From Deltaproteobacteria bacterium (GTDB taxonomy: Bacteria; Bdellovibrionota; UBA1018; UBA923): DNA of 64,000 nucleotides. Positions within the stretch are counted from its first letter, which is position 1; each line of letters starts with the position of its first letter. Location: the NCBI GenBank assembly GCA_016186905.1, contig JACPKS010000008.1, positions 25 to 64,024 of the forward strand, read 5' to 3'. This document shows, one piece after another, positions 10,201 to 19,331 of the stretch. The notes under the pieces are model-generated. The model searched no databases, had not been told where the DNA came from, and was given only the letters and a program-made list of their open reading frames with translations. The translations under genes were made by a program, and so were the position numbers.

Positions 10201-10523
10201 CGCCGATCCCTCTGTTCACGATAGCCGTCATCATCGCATCACACGCGCCGGCCAAAACTCGTGCACTCACGCTTGCGGCGAAACCGCCCGCCGGCCATCA
10301 TTTTAACTTGAAAGCGCCGATGCGGATGAAGATCGCCGAAAAAAAATCCATCAAACCCGCTTCCGCGACCAAAGATGAAATTCGATTCGACGTCGTCAAC
10401 GCTCGCCCGCCGCTGCCGTTTAAAGTGACTCTCTATGTCTGCGACGATGCGAACAAATACTGCGTGAAGCAGCAGCAAGATCTTGAATGGGATGGTTCAG
10501 AGCTTCGCAAGAAAGCGACATGA
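10197..10523 (+). CDS. hypothetical small secreted protein
   Basis: 108 aa with an N-terminal signal-like hydrophobic segment. Translationally coupled (ATGA) on both sides; no recognisable domain. Confidence 0.5.
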   Translation: MTPIPLFTIAVIIASHAPAKTRALTLAAKPPAGHHFNLKAPMRMKIAEKKSIKPASATKDEIRFDVVNARPPLPFKVTLYVCDDANKYCVKQQQDLEWDGSELRKKAT

Positions 10524-12157
10524 CGCGCGCGCTGGATGCCCTGATGTCGGCGCTCGCGATTCTGATCGGGGTTTTGCTTCTCACCGGAGGCGCTCATTTT
10601 ACAGGCCCGGAATTCAAGGTCGAAATCTCTCAAGTCGATGCCTTCGCGCTCGCGCTTTTCGCGTTAGCACTCACGCGCCACAGACTCGCGGGCGGATATT
10701 TTCCGGAAGCCATTCTCGCTTGCTCGCGGCGCGGACTCGAAATTCTCGAGCGTAAGCCCGGCGCCGTCCTCGCGGGCGCCATCGCCGCGTACGTCATTCT
10801 TCAAACCGGGGTCTCCGCCTGGCGTTTCGCTTCGTTTCACGCGAACGCTTACGACTTAAGCTATCTCGACCAGCCGATCTGGAGCACTTTTCGCGTGGGT
10901 TTTCTGCACTCCAGCCTTGCCGTGAACCAAACCTATCTTGGCGAACATTTCGCGCCTGCAATCGCGCTGTTTGCGCCCGTTTATCGCGTATGGGATTCGG
11001 TTTACGCGCTTTTTTTCGTTCAAAGCCTGATTCTTGGCGGGAGCGCATGGCTTTTGTACCGCCTCGCACTCGCGCTTGGCGTTCGCGCCCCAGCCCCGAT
11101 TCTTCTCTCGCTCTGTTTTTTGCTCTACCAACCGCTGCGTGCGGCCAATACGTTCGACTTCCGCGAGGATAATCTTTTCGTCCCTGTTTTTCTCGGAGCC
11201 CTTCTGGCGCTTGCGACCGCGAGAACGACCGTGTTCTGGCTTCTTTGCGCGTTCTCGTGGTTCGTGAAAGAAAACGCCGCGCTTTTCACGGCGCTTCTCG
11301 GCGCCTGGGCTTGTCTTGCGCCGCGATCACTGCGTCCCGCTGGCACGGCCGGCGTTCGCCCGCGCCGGCTTCGCTTTCACGGCGCGGTTTTGTTCGTGAG
11401 CTCGCTGGCGGTCTTTTGTCTCGTCAATCAGGAGCTCACGCCGATATTTTCGGGAGGTTCCGGCAAGACTCGTTTCGCGTTTCGGATGGGCGCGATGGCG
11501 CAATCGGGAACGGGGCTTTTCGCTTTCGCGCTGGAACATCCCTTCGATTTTTTCGCTTACCTCGCGAAGCAATTCCTGAACGCGTCGACGCTGAAATATT
11601 TTCTGATCGTATTCACGCCGTTTCTGTTTTTCGCGCGGTCCGCGCCCATTCCGTTTCTGATCGCCCTCGCGGGATTCGCGATGAACGTGGTGCTGGGAAT
11701 TCATTCGGTCGGATTTCATTACGAGTGCGTCATCATACCGTTTCTTTTCTATTCGCTTGCCCTGGCGCTTTCGCGCCAACGCTCGCGCGCGCTTGGGAGC
11801 GCGCCTGCGGCGTGCATACTGCTTTCATTCCTGTTTTTTTACGGCCGAAGCCCCGTCCACGACCTGCGCGCCTTCGTGCCCGGCGCTCACCACCGGATGG
11901 TTTCGGAAGAGCTCCAGAAGATTCCGCGGGAAGCCTCCGTCGCAACACAGAGCGCGCTCCATCCGCATCTCACGCATCGAAAAGACGCGTTCCTGCTCGC
12001 CGGCCCTCCAACAGCCGACTATGTGGCGGTGGACTTGAGCGAAGGGATCGACCGCTATGGCACTCCGAATCTTCTGCAGGATGTCGCGGCGATGGATTCG
12101 GCTTCGTACGACAAGGTCGTCGATCGCGACGGACTGATCATCTGGAAAAAGCGCTGA
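10520..12157 (+). CDS. polytopic integral membrane protein, DUF2079-like (predicted GT-C-like membrane glycosyl/arabinosyl-transferase-related)
   Basis: ~545 aa with more than 10 predicted TM helices and a C-terminal soluble segment. Start ATG at 10520 overlaps the upstream stop. The family guess is from overall architecture only. Confidence 0.65.
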   Translation: MTRALDALMSALAILIGVLLLTGGAHFTGPEFKVEISQVDAFALALFALALTRHRLAGGYFPEAILACSRRGLEILERKPGAVLAGAIAAYVILQTGVSAWRFASFHANAYDLSYLDQPIWSTFRVGFLHSSLAVNQTYLGEHFAPAIALFAPVYRVWDSVYALFFVQSLILGGSAWLLYRLALALGVRAPAPILLSLCFLLYQPLRAANTFDFREDNLFVPVFLGALLALATARTTVFWLLCAFSWFVKENAALFTALLGAWACLAPRSLRPAGTAGVRPRRLRFHGAVLFVSSLAVFCLVNQELTPIFSGGSGKTRFAFRMGAMAQSGTGLFAFALEHPFDFFAYLAKQFLNASTLKYFLIVFTPFLFFARSAPIPFLIALAGFAMNVVLGIHSVGFHYECVIIPFLFYSLALALSRQRSRALGSAPAACILLSFLFFYGRSPVHDLRAFVPGAHHRMVSEELQKIPREASVATQSALHPHLTHRKDAFLLAGPPTADYVAVDLSEGIDRYGTPNLLQDVAAMDSASYDKVVDRDGLIIWKKR

Positions 12158-12190
12158 CTCTTTTTTTTCGAGTATTGCGAAGTGTATCGG

Positions 12191-12232
12191 AAAAAAAGGT
12201 GCCGGCTGGTTTCCCTTTCGGGAAACCAGCGG
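12191..12232 (-). terminator. GC-rich hairpin (CTGGTTTCCC-tttc-GGGAAACCAG, extendable to ~13 bp) abutting an A7/T7 run; intrinsic terminator-like, probably for minus-strand transcription, possibly bidirectional
   Basis: The perfect 10-bp stem and 4-nt loop are read directly. The A-run 5' on the plus strand becomes a U-tract 3' of the hairpin on the minus strand. Confidence 0.4.
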
Positions 12233-12542
12233 AGCCGACGTGATAAAATGACCCTGGGGATTAAACGAGATGGGGCTTTGGGTGACCGCTCTGCGTACGT
12301 TCCGCTTGCTGAATACCCTTTTCAGCAACAACCACTGTACTCACTATTTTCAAGTTCAGTGCCAATAGGAAAAATATACCAATATGTTGATTTTATTATG
12401 TAATTTTATGCAGCTTCTAAACGTAGGCAGACTTGTAGACCAGTGTGCAATGACCCCGGGGCGAGCTGACACCGGCCACTTTGACACACCCTCCAGATTT
12501 TGAGCTCGCACGTCTTGTGCTCGCTCCCTCCGGGCTTGCGCC

Positions 12543-12569
12543 AATATTTTAGCATCCTGCTAAAATATT
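12543..12569. repeat. perfect 12-bp inverted repeat AATATTTTAGCA-tcc-TGCTAAAATATT in an AT-rich convergent intergenic region
   Basis: Read directly. The region is AT-rich compared with the flanks. Confidence 0.5.
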
Positions 12570-12641
12570 TGACGCATGGATTATATGATCAAAACCGTTC
12601 GTACGAGTACCTCATGAGCCCGAAGCTCAAGGGCGCCATAC

Positions 12642-13484
12642 TTAACCCGATGACTTCCCTTTTCCTGGATCGGGCTCGGCTGCGATGACCTCTGGCTCGG
12701 CACTTGCCGACGCCGCCTCCGACGCGCCCAGGTAGCGCGCGGGAACTCTCGTAAACGCTTTCGCGATCGAAGTGAAGCAATTGAAGCGGACGAGAAAGTA
12801 AAGTGCTGCCACACCGTCTTTCCACCCGATTTTTTTCCCTTGCAGACGAGTTCTGGGAAAATAAGAGATCGGAAGCTCGAAAATTCTCGCGCGGATTTTA
12901 GCCACGTAAGCCGTCATCTCGACCTCGATACCGAACCGCTGGCACTTGAGATTCATCGCCTTGATGAGATCGGCGCGAAACACCTTGTAGCAGGTTTCCA
13001 TGTCGGTGAGATAAATGCCCGAAAACAAGTTGCTCACGAGCGTAAGAAAGCGATTCACGAAGTAATGATACGTGCGATGCACCTGCGAAGCGCTTTTCTT
13101 GAAGCGGCTCCCGTACACGACGTCGGCTCGGCCCTCCAGAATCGGCGCGATGAGCGCCGGCAGATCGGCCGGATCGTATTCGAAATCGGCGTCCTGCACG
13201 AGAATGACTTCCCCCGTGGCCTCGTGAATGCCCCGGATGACCGCCGCGCCTTTTCCGTGGTTACGGGGCTGCGCGAGCACGCGAAAGCCATGCCTCACCG
13301 CCATCTTATTGAGGATGCGAAGGCTCTGATCCTTCGAGAAATCGTCCACGAAAATCCACTCTCGCGAAACTGGAGCGCCCGTCGCCGGGCTGACCGGAGC
13401 CGGCGAACGCATGAGCATCTCGATCACCTGCGCGAGATGCGCCTCCTCGTTGTAAACGGGAACGATGATCGAAACCTTGTGCAT
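12642..13484 (-). CDS. family 2 glycosyltransferase (DPM1/GtrB-like)
   Basis: N-terminal IIVPVYNEE motif, DxD-type region, 280 aa. The start lies 3 nt after the upstream radical SAM stop. Confidence 0.88.
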   Translation of the reverse strand: MHKVSIIVPVYNEEAHLAQVIEMLMRSPAPVSPATGAPVSREWIFVDDFSKDQSLRILNKMAVRHGFRVLAQPRNHGKGAAVIRGIHEATGEVILVQDADFEYDPADLPALIAPILEGRADVVYGSRFKKSASQVHRTYHYFVNRFLTLVSNLFSGIYLTDMETCYKVFRADLIKAMNLKCQRFGIEVEMTAYVAKIRARIFELPISYFPRTRLQGKKIGWKDGVAALYFLVRFNCFTSIAKAFTRVPARYLGASEAASASAEPEVIAAEPDPGKGKSSG

Positions 13485-13487
13485 ATT

Positions 13488-16106
13488 TCAGGAATACAGA
13501 AGGGCAGGCCGTTCGGCAACGGTCTTCGCGTCATTCGCGGCGCCCAGCCATGTGCCTTCGGCGTGGATTCGCACGCGAACCCGGTGATTGGAGGTCGGCA
13601 CGCGAAAAGAACGACGGACAAATTCTTGCACATCGAGCTTCGGCCCAGGCGCCACGATCACCTCGCAGCCGTCCTTCGCTCTCCGCCGAACGACAAGCCG
13701 GGCGAAAACTCCTTTTTTCAGCGATGCGGGAATCAGCGCGTAATCATACGATCCATCCGGAAGTTTTTTGAGCGTATGCTTCAGCCCCAGCGCTTTGAGC
13801 GTGGCATCACCGTTGAAATCGTACGGCGATTCGAGGCGGAGGATTCCCGGAAACCCAGCGGGCGCGGCCCGGGCGAAGCCGTCCGCGCCCAGTATCCCCT
13901 TCACGCTTCCCCACCCGCCCATTTCGCGATTAACTAAGCGCACGAAAGCCGGATCGCGCAAACGCGCCGACAGAAGCTCGATCGCGCCTTCGTTCCATTT
14001 CAATCGAAGCAGATCCGCGCCGGTAACCCATGCGGGTTTTTCATCCTGCGACCAGAACGAGCCCGCGTATCCGCGATAAAGCGGGGGCAGGGCCGAATCG
14101 CTCAGCATCAGCGCACGAGCCAGCGCGACGCCAAGCATTTTTCGAGGAACGCCGCGGGCCGCCTCCCCCGCGCTCACCTCGAATTCCACGATCCGCTCGG
14201 CTTTTCGCGCATCCTGGACGCGTACTTTGAACTGTTCGAGCGAGTATTCGCGTTTTTGCCGCGAGAGCACGATGTCGCGCGCGTGAAAACGGGTAGGACA
14301 TCCACCGCAGTGAAAGCACTTCGCCTTCGTCCACGCCCGCCCAAGGCAGTAATCGGTTTCGACGAAGACCCGCGCGCGCTGTACTTCTTGCCAAAGAAAT
14401 TCGCGCTTCACGCCGGTTTCGATCCGGGCCCAGGGTTTTGAGCGGCTCTCCTCAAGCGTAAAACCTTTCAGCAGCGCTTCGGGGTCGAGCCCTCGCGCGC
14501 GGAGCGCGGTCTCGAACGCGCCCATGAACGCGGGCGTGACCTCGCGGTAATACACGAACCCCGTGCGCGCGATGGAGTCGAGCAGCGCTTGCGTGATCGC
14601 GGGCCGGTCAGAGCGCGCGAGAAGCTGCGAAACCCAATACTCCGGCAGGTTGGCCGACTCGCGAAACTCGAATCCCGCCGCGCGCGCTTTCGCCGCGGCT
14701 TTGGCGATAATTTTTTCGTAGTGCTTCGGATGGGGCGCGTTCTCGAACTCGAGCGGCGTCCACGGAAAACGCACGAGCGGCGTCATCGAAAAAATCACGC
14801 GGGTCGTGGCGTGCGCGGCCGCGCGGATCCCGCCGAGGCGGTCAAGCAAATCTTCGAGCGCGATGAAGTCTTGTTCTTCCTCCAGCCCTGTCGCGATCAG
14901 GAATACTTTGAGTTCGCGCGCCTTGGATTTGAAAATCGCAGTCAAGCTCTTGTGCAGCTGCCCGGGCTCAAGGTTCTTGTGCAGGTATTTTCGCAGACGC
15001 GCGGAGATGCCTTCCAGGCCGCAGGTCAGCGAGGCTTTTTCGATCGCATGCTGAAACTCCACCATCCGCGGATCGTGCGCGAGCAGGTCGAAGCGTTGGC
15101 TCTTCAGTCCCACGCCGCGAAAGCCCGGGACGAGATCCCAGAGAATTTCATAGAGGCCCGAGTGCATGTTGAAGTTGAAGCTGTAGATGTCGATGCGATC
15201 GAGGCCCATCGCGGCCTTCGCGCGCAGGGCGACTTCGCGAAGCTCGGCGGCTCCGCGCTCGCGGTAGGGTTTGCGGTCCCAGGATTCCGCGCAGAAACTG
15301 CAAAAACACGGGCAGCCTTCGCTGATCTGCAGGTGACTGTTCCCGAGCTGCTCTTCGATGTAATAGACCGGGCCGTTTTCGAGCGCTTCGCTTTGGTTGA
15401 GATTGGGAATAAAACTTTTTTTCGTCGCGCGTGGATTCTCGGGCTGGATGAAACCGTCGATCGACTCAAGCCCAGCGAGAATCTCGCCTTTGGATTTTCC
15501 AGCCGCTTTCCCGTCGCGGCAGATTTCGAGAATTCCACGAAGAGCCGCATCGCTTTCTCCCACGAAAACGCCGTCGACGAGCGGATTTTCGCTCCAAAGG
15601 CAGGTGGAATAAAGCGCGTTCGCGCCTCCGAGAATAATCAGAGGCAGATCGGCGCGCGCCATACGTTCGCATTTTTTCAGGGGGATGCCGCTCTTTGCGA
15701 GAAACGAAGGCAGGTTGATCAGCTCCTGCACGATCGAGTTGGAAATTCCGATAAGGTCAAAGGCTTCAGGGCCATGTTTTGTTTTCGTACCGAGAAACCA
15801 CGGGATGTTTTCGCGCGCGAAGGCCGCGGCGTCCTGTTTCGGCGGAAGATACGAAAGGTCCGGAAACACGCCCGGCGTGTTCGCAGCGATTTGATAGAGA
15901 ATCTGGTGAGTGAACGAGTAGCCCGTGTCGAAATACGTCGAAAGGCGAGCGAAGAGCACGCGCAAGGGGCGCTTTTCAAATTCCTCGCGGGCAAGCGTGT
16001 TGATTTCCTCGCCGCGCAGCCAAAGGCCGTGGCCAGTAAGTTCAGGGTATACGCGCGCGTACCAGTCGCGGTAGTTTTTAAGATTTCCCTGAAGATTCGA
16101 GGACAT
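13488..16106 (-). CDS. B12-binding-domain radical SAM protein (TIGR03960-like) fused to a C-terminal radical-SAM-linked DUF2344/TIGR03936-like domain; function unknown
   Basis: 872 aa. CxxxCxxC motif (EGCPCFCSFC) after an N-terminal Rossmann/B12-binding-like region. The long C-terminal extension resembles the separately encoded rSAM-linked protein of this family. The family assignment is from memory. Confidence 0.75.
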   Translation of the reverse strand: MSSNLQGNLKNYRDWYARVYPELTGHGLWLRGEEINTLAREEFEKRPLRVLFARLSTYFDTGYSFTHQILYQIAANTPGVFPDLSYLPPKQDAAAFARENIPWFLGTKTKHGPEAFDLIGISNSIVQELINLPSFLAKSGIPLKKCERMARADLPLIILGGANALYSTCLWSENPLVDGVFVGESDAALRGILEICRDGKAAGKSKGEILAGLESIDGFIQPENPRATKKSFIPNLNQSEALENGPVYYIEEQLGNSHLQISEGCPCFCSFCAESWDRKPYRERGAAELREVALRAKAAMGLDRIDIYSFNFNMHSGLYEILWDLVPGFRGVGLKSQRFDLLAHDPRMVEFQHAIEKASLTCGLEGISARLRKYLHKNLEPGQLHKSLTAIFKSKARELKVFLIATGLEEEQDFIALEDLLDRLGGIRAAAHATTRVIFSMTPLVRFPWTPLEFENAPHPKHYEKIIAKAAAKARAAGFEFRESANLPEYWVSQLLARSDRPAITQALLDSIARTGFVYYREVTPAFMGAFETALRARGLDPEALLKGFTLEESRSKPWARIETGVKREFLWQEVQRARVFVETDYCLGRAWTKAKCFHCGGCPTRFHARDIVLSRQKREYSLEQFKVRVQDARKAERIVEFEVSAGEAARGVPRKMLGVALARALMLSDSALPPLYRGYAGSFWSQDEKPAWVTGADLLRLKWNEGAIELLSARLRDPAFVRLVNREMGGWGSVKGILGADGFARAAPAGFPGILRLESPYDFNGDATLKALGLKHTLKKLPDGSYDYALIPASLKKGVFARLVVRRRAKDGCEVIVAPGPKLDVQEFVRRSFRVPTSNHRVRVRIHAEGTWLGAANDAKTVAERPALLYS

Positions 16107-16358
16107 GGGCGAGGCTTATCATAGCGCGTCAGTGATCGCAAATGCCGCATCCCGCTGTAAAAAGTTAGTTAGCACCTTCTAGCAATCGCAGGCAGGCGCT
16201 GGGAGAGCGGGACCAACCTTTATCCGTGATTTCATGGATTTGCCAGCCTTGGGAAGAAGACGTTTGTACTCGTTCCAATTTAATCCAAGGCGCGTGATTA
16301 GGCGCGGTAGCTTCGAACCTTCGCGAGCCGCGACACGAAGCTCCACACTAAAATACGC

Positions 16359-16757
16359 CTACCACTCCGCCTTTACATTAGGATAATCGAGAATCAAACG
16401 GTCTTTCGAGAGCACCACGGCGTTTTCGATGCGCGCTGTCGCGAGGATAATCTGGTCAGCCGGGTCATCGTGAATGGGTCGTGGAAGCTCCGTCGAATGC
16501 ACCGCGATCTCCGGCGTCAGTTCCGCTATCCTCAGCCTTGGAATATCCAACGCCTGTTCCACCCAAAGACGCGTGTCGATATTGATGCGAAAGCGTCGTT
16601 TCTCAATGAGCTTGGCGACCTCCCAGATTGATATCGCCGACAAGAGCAATACATCGTTTTTCTTCGGATGCTCGATCGCTGTACGAACTCCCCTTGAGAG
16701 CTTTTCGGGCGCCGTGTTCCACCAAATCCACGTATGTGTATCGAGCAGGTAATTCAT
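16359..16757 (-). CDS. vapC: type II toxin VapC (PIN-domain ribonuclease)
   Basis: 132 aa, MNYLLDTHTWIWW start, PIN acidic residues. Lies 12 nt downstream of the antitoxin gene. Confidence 0.85.
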   Translation of the reverse strand: MNYLLDTHTWIWWNTAPEKLSRGVRTAIEHPKKNDVLLLSAISIWEVAKLIEKRRFRINIDTRLWVEQALDIPRLRIAELTPEIAVHSTELPRPIHDDPADQIILATARIENAVVLSKDRLILDYPNVKAEW

Positions 16758-16769
16758 GGAACGCCGCTG

Positions 16770-17012
16770 TCAGTCGTCAGCAGCCGACCACAGTTTGGCG
16801 CCGAGCGGAGAAACGACATTCTTCTCGTCGATCACCGTGCCGCGCAGGCGTCCAGGAACTGCTTTTCCGCTCGGCTCAAGCGGCACCACGGCGACAACAG
16901 GTTTGCCATGCCGCTGAACGACGAGTCTCTCCCCGCTTCGCGCGACCTGATCGATCATCCGAAGCGCTTTGGCTTTGAAAACGCTAATTGTGGTGGTTCG
17001 AGGCTTTTTCAT
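16770..17012 (-). CDS. type II antitoxin, Phd/YefM family
   Basis: 80 aa (TISVFKAKALRMIDQV...LVVQRHGKPVAVVVPLE), typical of Phd/YefM. Confidence 0.8.
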   Translation of the reverse strand: MKKPRTTTISVFKAKALRMIDQVARSGERLVVQRHGKPVVAVVPLEPSGKAVPGRLRGTVIDEKNVVSPLGAKLWSAADD

Positions 17013-17062
17013 ACTATTTAAATAGTACTATAGTCATAATTAATGGTCAATATTTTTGAGTG
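17013..17062 (-). promoter_or_regulatory. promoter/operator of the vapBC-like operon: TTGACC-17-TACTAT with a perfect 14-bp palindrome ACTATTTAAATAGT overlapping the -10 and start
   Basis: Read on the minus strand immediately upstream of the antitoxin ATG. Palindrome-over-promoter is typical of antitoxin autoregulation. Confidence 0.45.
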
Positions 17063-17136
17063 GAGATCGGGACTATGGCAATTTATCGTAACTGGCGTCG
17101 AAGATAGCTACTTGGATCCTGCGCGTTGCCGCGCGG

Positions 17137-18672
17137 TTAGGCCGGTTTTTGCAACAACGCCGCATAGAATCCTTCCGAGGCCGGGGTGGACGAGTCGCCA
17201 GGCCAAAGCACGCGCTCCCATACAGGCTCCCCGCGAAGTTTTTGATTCGCGAAATGCGTCACGCCGGAAGTCTCAGGTTCTGTAAGTGTGCACACGGAAT
17301 ATAAAAAAGTACCGCCGGACGCGAGAAAGCCCGCGGATTTTTCGACGAGACCGTGTTGGAGCGCGGCCATCGACTCAGCTTCCCGGCGGGCGTGAAGGCC
17401 GCGGGTCCAGGCGATCTGCGGGTGTTTCGCGAGCGTGCCGAAGCCGGTGCAGGGCGCATCGAGCCAGACAAGATCAAACGGCGTTGAAAATTCGACCGGC
17501 AGGCGTGCGGCATCGGAAAAATCCGTCCGCAAGACTCGCACACGAGCATCCGGCCAAAGTTCACGCACACGCGGAAAGGCGTCACGCTCAAAAAAGCGCA
17601 GCTGCGTATCGGAGGAGTCGGCGGCCCACCACTCCAATCGCGAAAATACCCCGCGCGAATCCGGCCGCGCCTCAGGCGCGGTAAAAGGTTGCACCTCAGG
17701 CGCGCCAAAAGTTCGCGACTCAGGTGCGCTAAAAGACAGACGCGCCAGCGCCGCAAGCGTCCCCAGAAGTTTTCCGCCTTTACCCGAAGCCATTTCAAGA
17801 ACGCGAACGGGCGCGGATGATTCGCGTGCGCGCCCGGCGATCCACTTCGCGGCTTCAAGACAAACCCACTGACTCACCTCGCCCTGCACCCGCACGGCAG
17901 GATCTTCTCGGATCGCGGCCGCATCTAAAATCAACGCATCCGGCGCGATGGTGCTGCCAAGCCGAGCGTACTCGCGCGAGGGCTTCATTCCCGGAAGCAC
18001 GTAGCCCACGAGCGGAAGCGGCTCTTTCATCGCGGCAAGCGCGCGAACCGCGCGCGACTGCGCATCGGCCTCGGTTTCGCCGGGAGCGCACCAATTCAAC
18101 ATCCGCAGGAGTTCGCCAGACGAATTCAAAACCGCCCACTCGAACGCCGATGAAGGACGCGCGCCGTCTTTCAACTTCGCCATCGCGTCGGCTCGCTCCT
18201 TCAGGATCGCTTCGCGGTTGCGCTCGACTTGTTTCAGCACGCCGTGCGCGAATCCGGCCTCATGCTCGGACAGCCCAAGCAAGGATGCGAGTCTTTTCGC
18301 TTCCGAAAACACGGCGTACGCGGGAATCCGGTCCAGAAAAAGAAGCGAATAGGCCGACTGCAAAACCAGATTTCGAAGCTTTTCGCGTGGAGGCCTCTTG
18401 GCAAACCTCAAGAGCACCTCGTTCAAGAATCCCCACTCGCGCATCAAACCGATCGTCAGTTCCTGAAAAAGCGCGCGGTCCTCGCGGCCCAGAGCATCGG
18501 CACGCGCCAAAACCTCAGACTCGGGATTCGCCTTGCGCTCGCGAGCGTGCGGGATCAGAACGACGCGCACCCAGTCGAGCGCCAAGAGCCTGGCTTCCGG
18601 CGCCACATGCCGCGCGGCGCGTGCATCATTCATCGCGAACCGGGCTCCAATGACTCGAGGCCGTCTTCCCAT
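17137..18672 (-). CDS. rsmB: 16S rRNA (cytosine967-C5)-methyltransferase RsmB/Sun-like (NusB domain + SAM MTase)
   Basis: N-terminal NusB-like region. Motif IV-type catalytic Cys (LDAPCTGFGT) and a second Cys (YSVCTL); SAM-binding region (LEMASGKGGK). Confidence 0.82.
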   Translation of the reverse strand: MGRRPRVIGARFAMNDARAARHVAPEARLLALDWVRVVLIPHARERKANPESEVLARADALGREDRALFQELTIGLMREWGFLNEVLLRFAKRPPREKLRNLVLQSAYSLLFLDRIPAYAVFSEAKRLASLLGLSEHEAGFAHGVLKQVERNREAILKERADAMAKLKDGARPSSAFEWAVLNSSGELLRMLNWCAPGETEADAQSRAVRALAAMKEPLPLVGYVLPGMKPSREYARLGSTIAPDALILDAAAIREDPAVRVQGEVSQWVCLEAAKWIAGRARESSAPVRVLEMASGKGGKLLGTLAALARLSFSAPESRTFGAPEVQPFTAPEARPDSRGVFSRLEWWAADSSDTQLRFFERDAFPRVRELWPDARVRVLRTDFSDAARLPVEFSTPFDLVWLDAPCTGFGTLAKHPQIAWTRGLHARREAESMAALQHGLVEKSAGFLASGGTFLYSVCTLTEPETSGVTHFANQKLRGEPVWERVLWPGDSSTPASEGFYAALLQKPA

Positions 18673-19328
18673 TCCCTCATTCGGGCTTGCAGCCGCGCGG
18701 GCAATTCCTCATTTCGCTTCAAACGCTCGCGCAATGACCTGAGCGCGAGATACTTCGCTTCGGGAAGATCGCGCAGTTTCGTCCAAAATGCCTGCACGGC
18801 ATCTGACTCGAACGGCATCGGCTTTTCAAGAAGTACGCGCAGGCGTGCAAGCCTGCCGACATCCGTATCGGGCCGGCACGCGGTGCTTCCGCACGCGCAG
18901 AGAATCTCGGGATGCAGCTGCGGCTCTTCTTCCAGAAGATCCTTCGCTTCCTTGCAACGGGAGGTGAGGAAATAAATTTCCGCGAGGCGCGTGCGCTGCT
19001 CGCCTCGAAGCTTTCCGCCTTTCAGCCCATGCTCGAGCTTTTGGACCTCGTTCTCAACCGGTACTCCCGTGTCGGCAGGTGCGGCCCAGGCCGCCGTCCA
19101 TGCCAGGGCGGCAAACAGTGTTCCCAGCACGAAAATGCCTAGGAGCCTGTCCGCGTAATCTTTCGCCGCGAGAAAAGCAACCTGCGAGCCGAGACCAGGA
19201 AGCGAAGGCAAAAAGCCCGGAGGCGGCCCCGGTGCGGGCCGTTGAGGACTTTTTGCCTTTGCTGACGACGTCGCAGGCCGCAGGGGCTTTTCGCAGCAGA
19301 AAGGATTACGCGGACAGGCTCCTGGCAT
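18630..19328 (-). CDS. hypothetical membrane-anchored/periplasmic protein
   Basis: The ORF between sppA and rsmB has one hydrophobic anchor (LLGIFVLGTLFAALAWTAAWAAP) and a helical C-terminal part. The true start is probably internal. Confidence 0.4.
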   Translation of the reverse strand: MPGACPRNPFCCEKPLRPATSSAKAKSPQRPAPGPPPGFLPSLPGLGSQVAFLAAKDYADRLLGIFVLGTLFAALAWTAAWAAPADTGVPVENEVQKLEHGLKGGKLRGEQRTRLAEIYFLTSRCKEAKDLLEEEPQLHPEILCACGSTACRPDTDVGRLARLRVLLEKPMPFESDAVQAFWTKLRDLPEAKYLALRSLRERLKRNEELPARLQARMREWEDGLESLEPGSR

Positions 19329-19331
19329 GCA

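Noticed and set aside
12480-12545. Sequence ending ...GGGCTTGCGCCA, checked as a possible tRNA 3' end
   Set aside because: No matching 5' acceptor strand, no D- or T-loop consensus (GTTCRANYC). Not a tRNA.
17817-18653. 278-aa plus-strand ORF antisense to rsmB
   Set aside because: Arg/Ser/Pro/Ala-rich antisense artefact.
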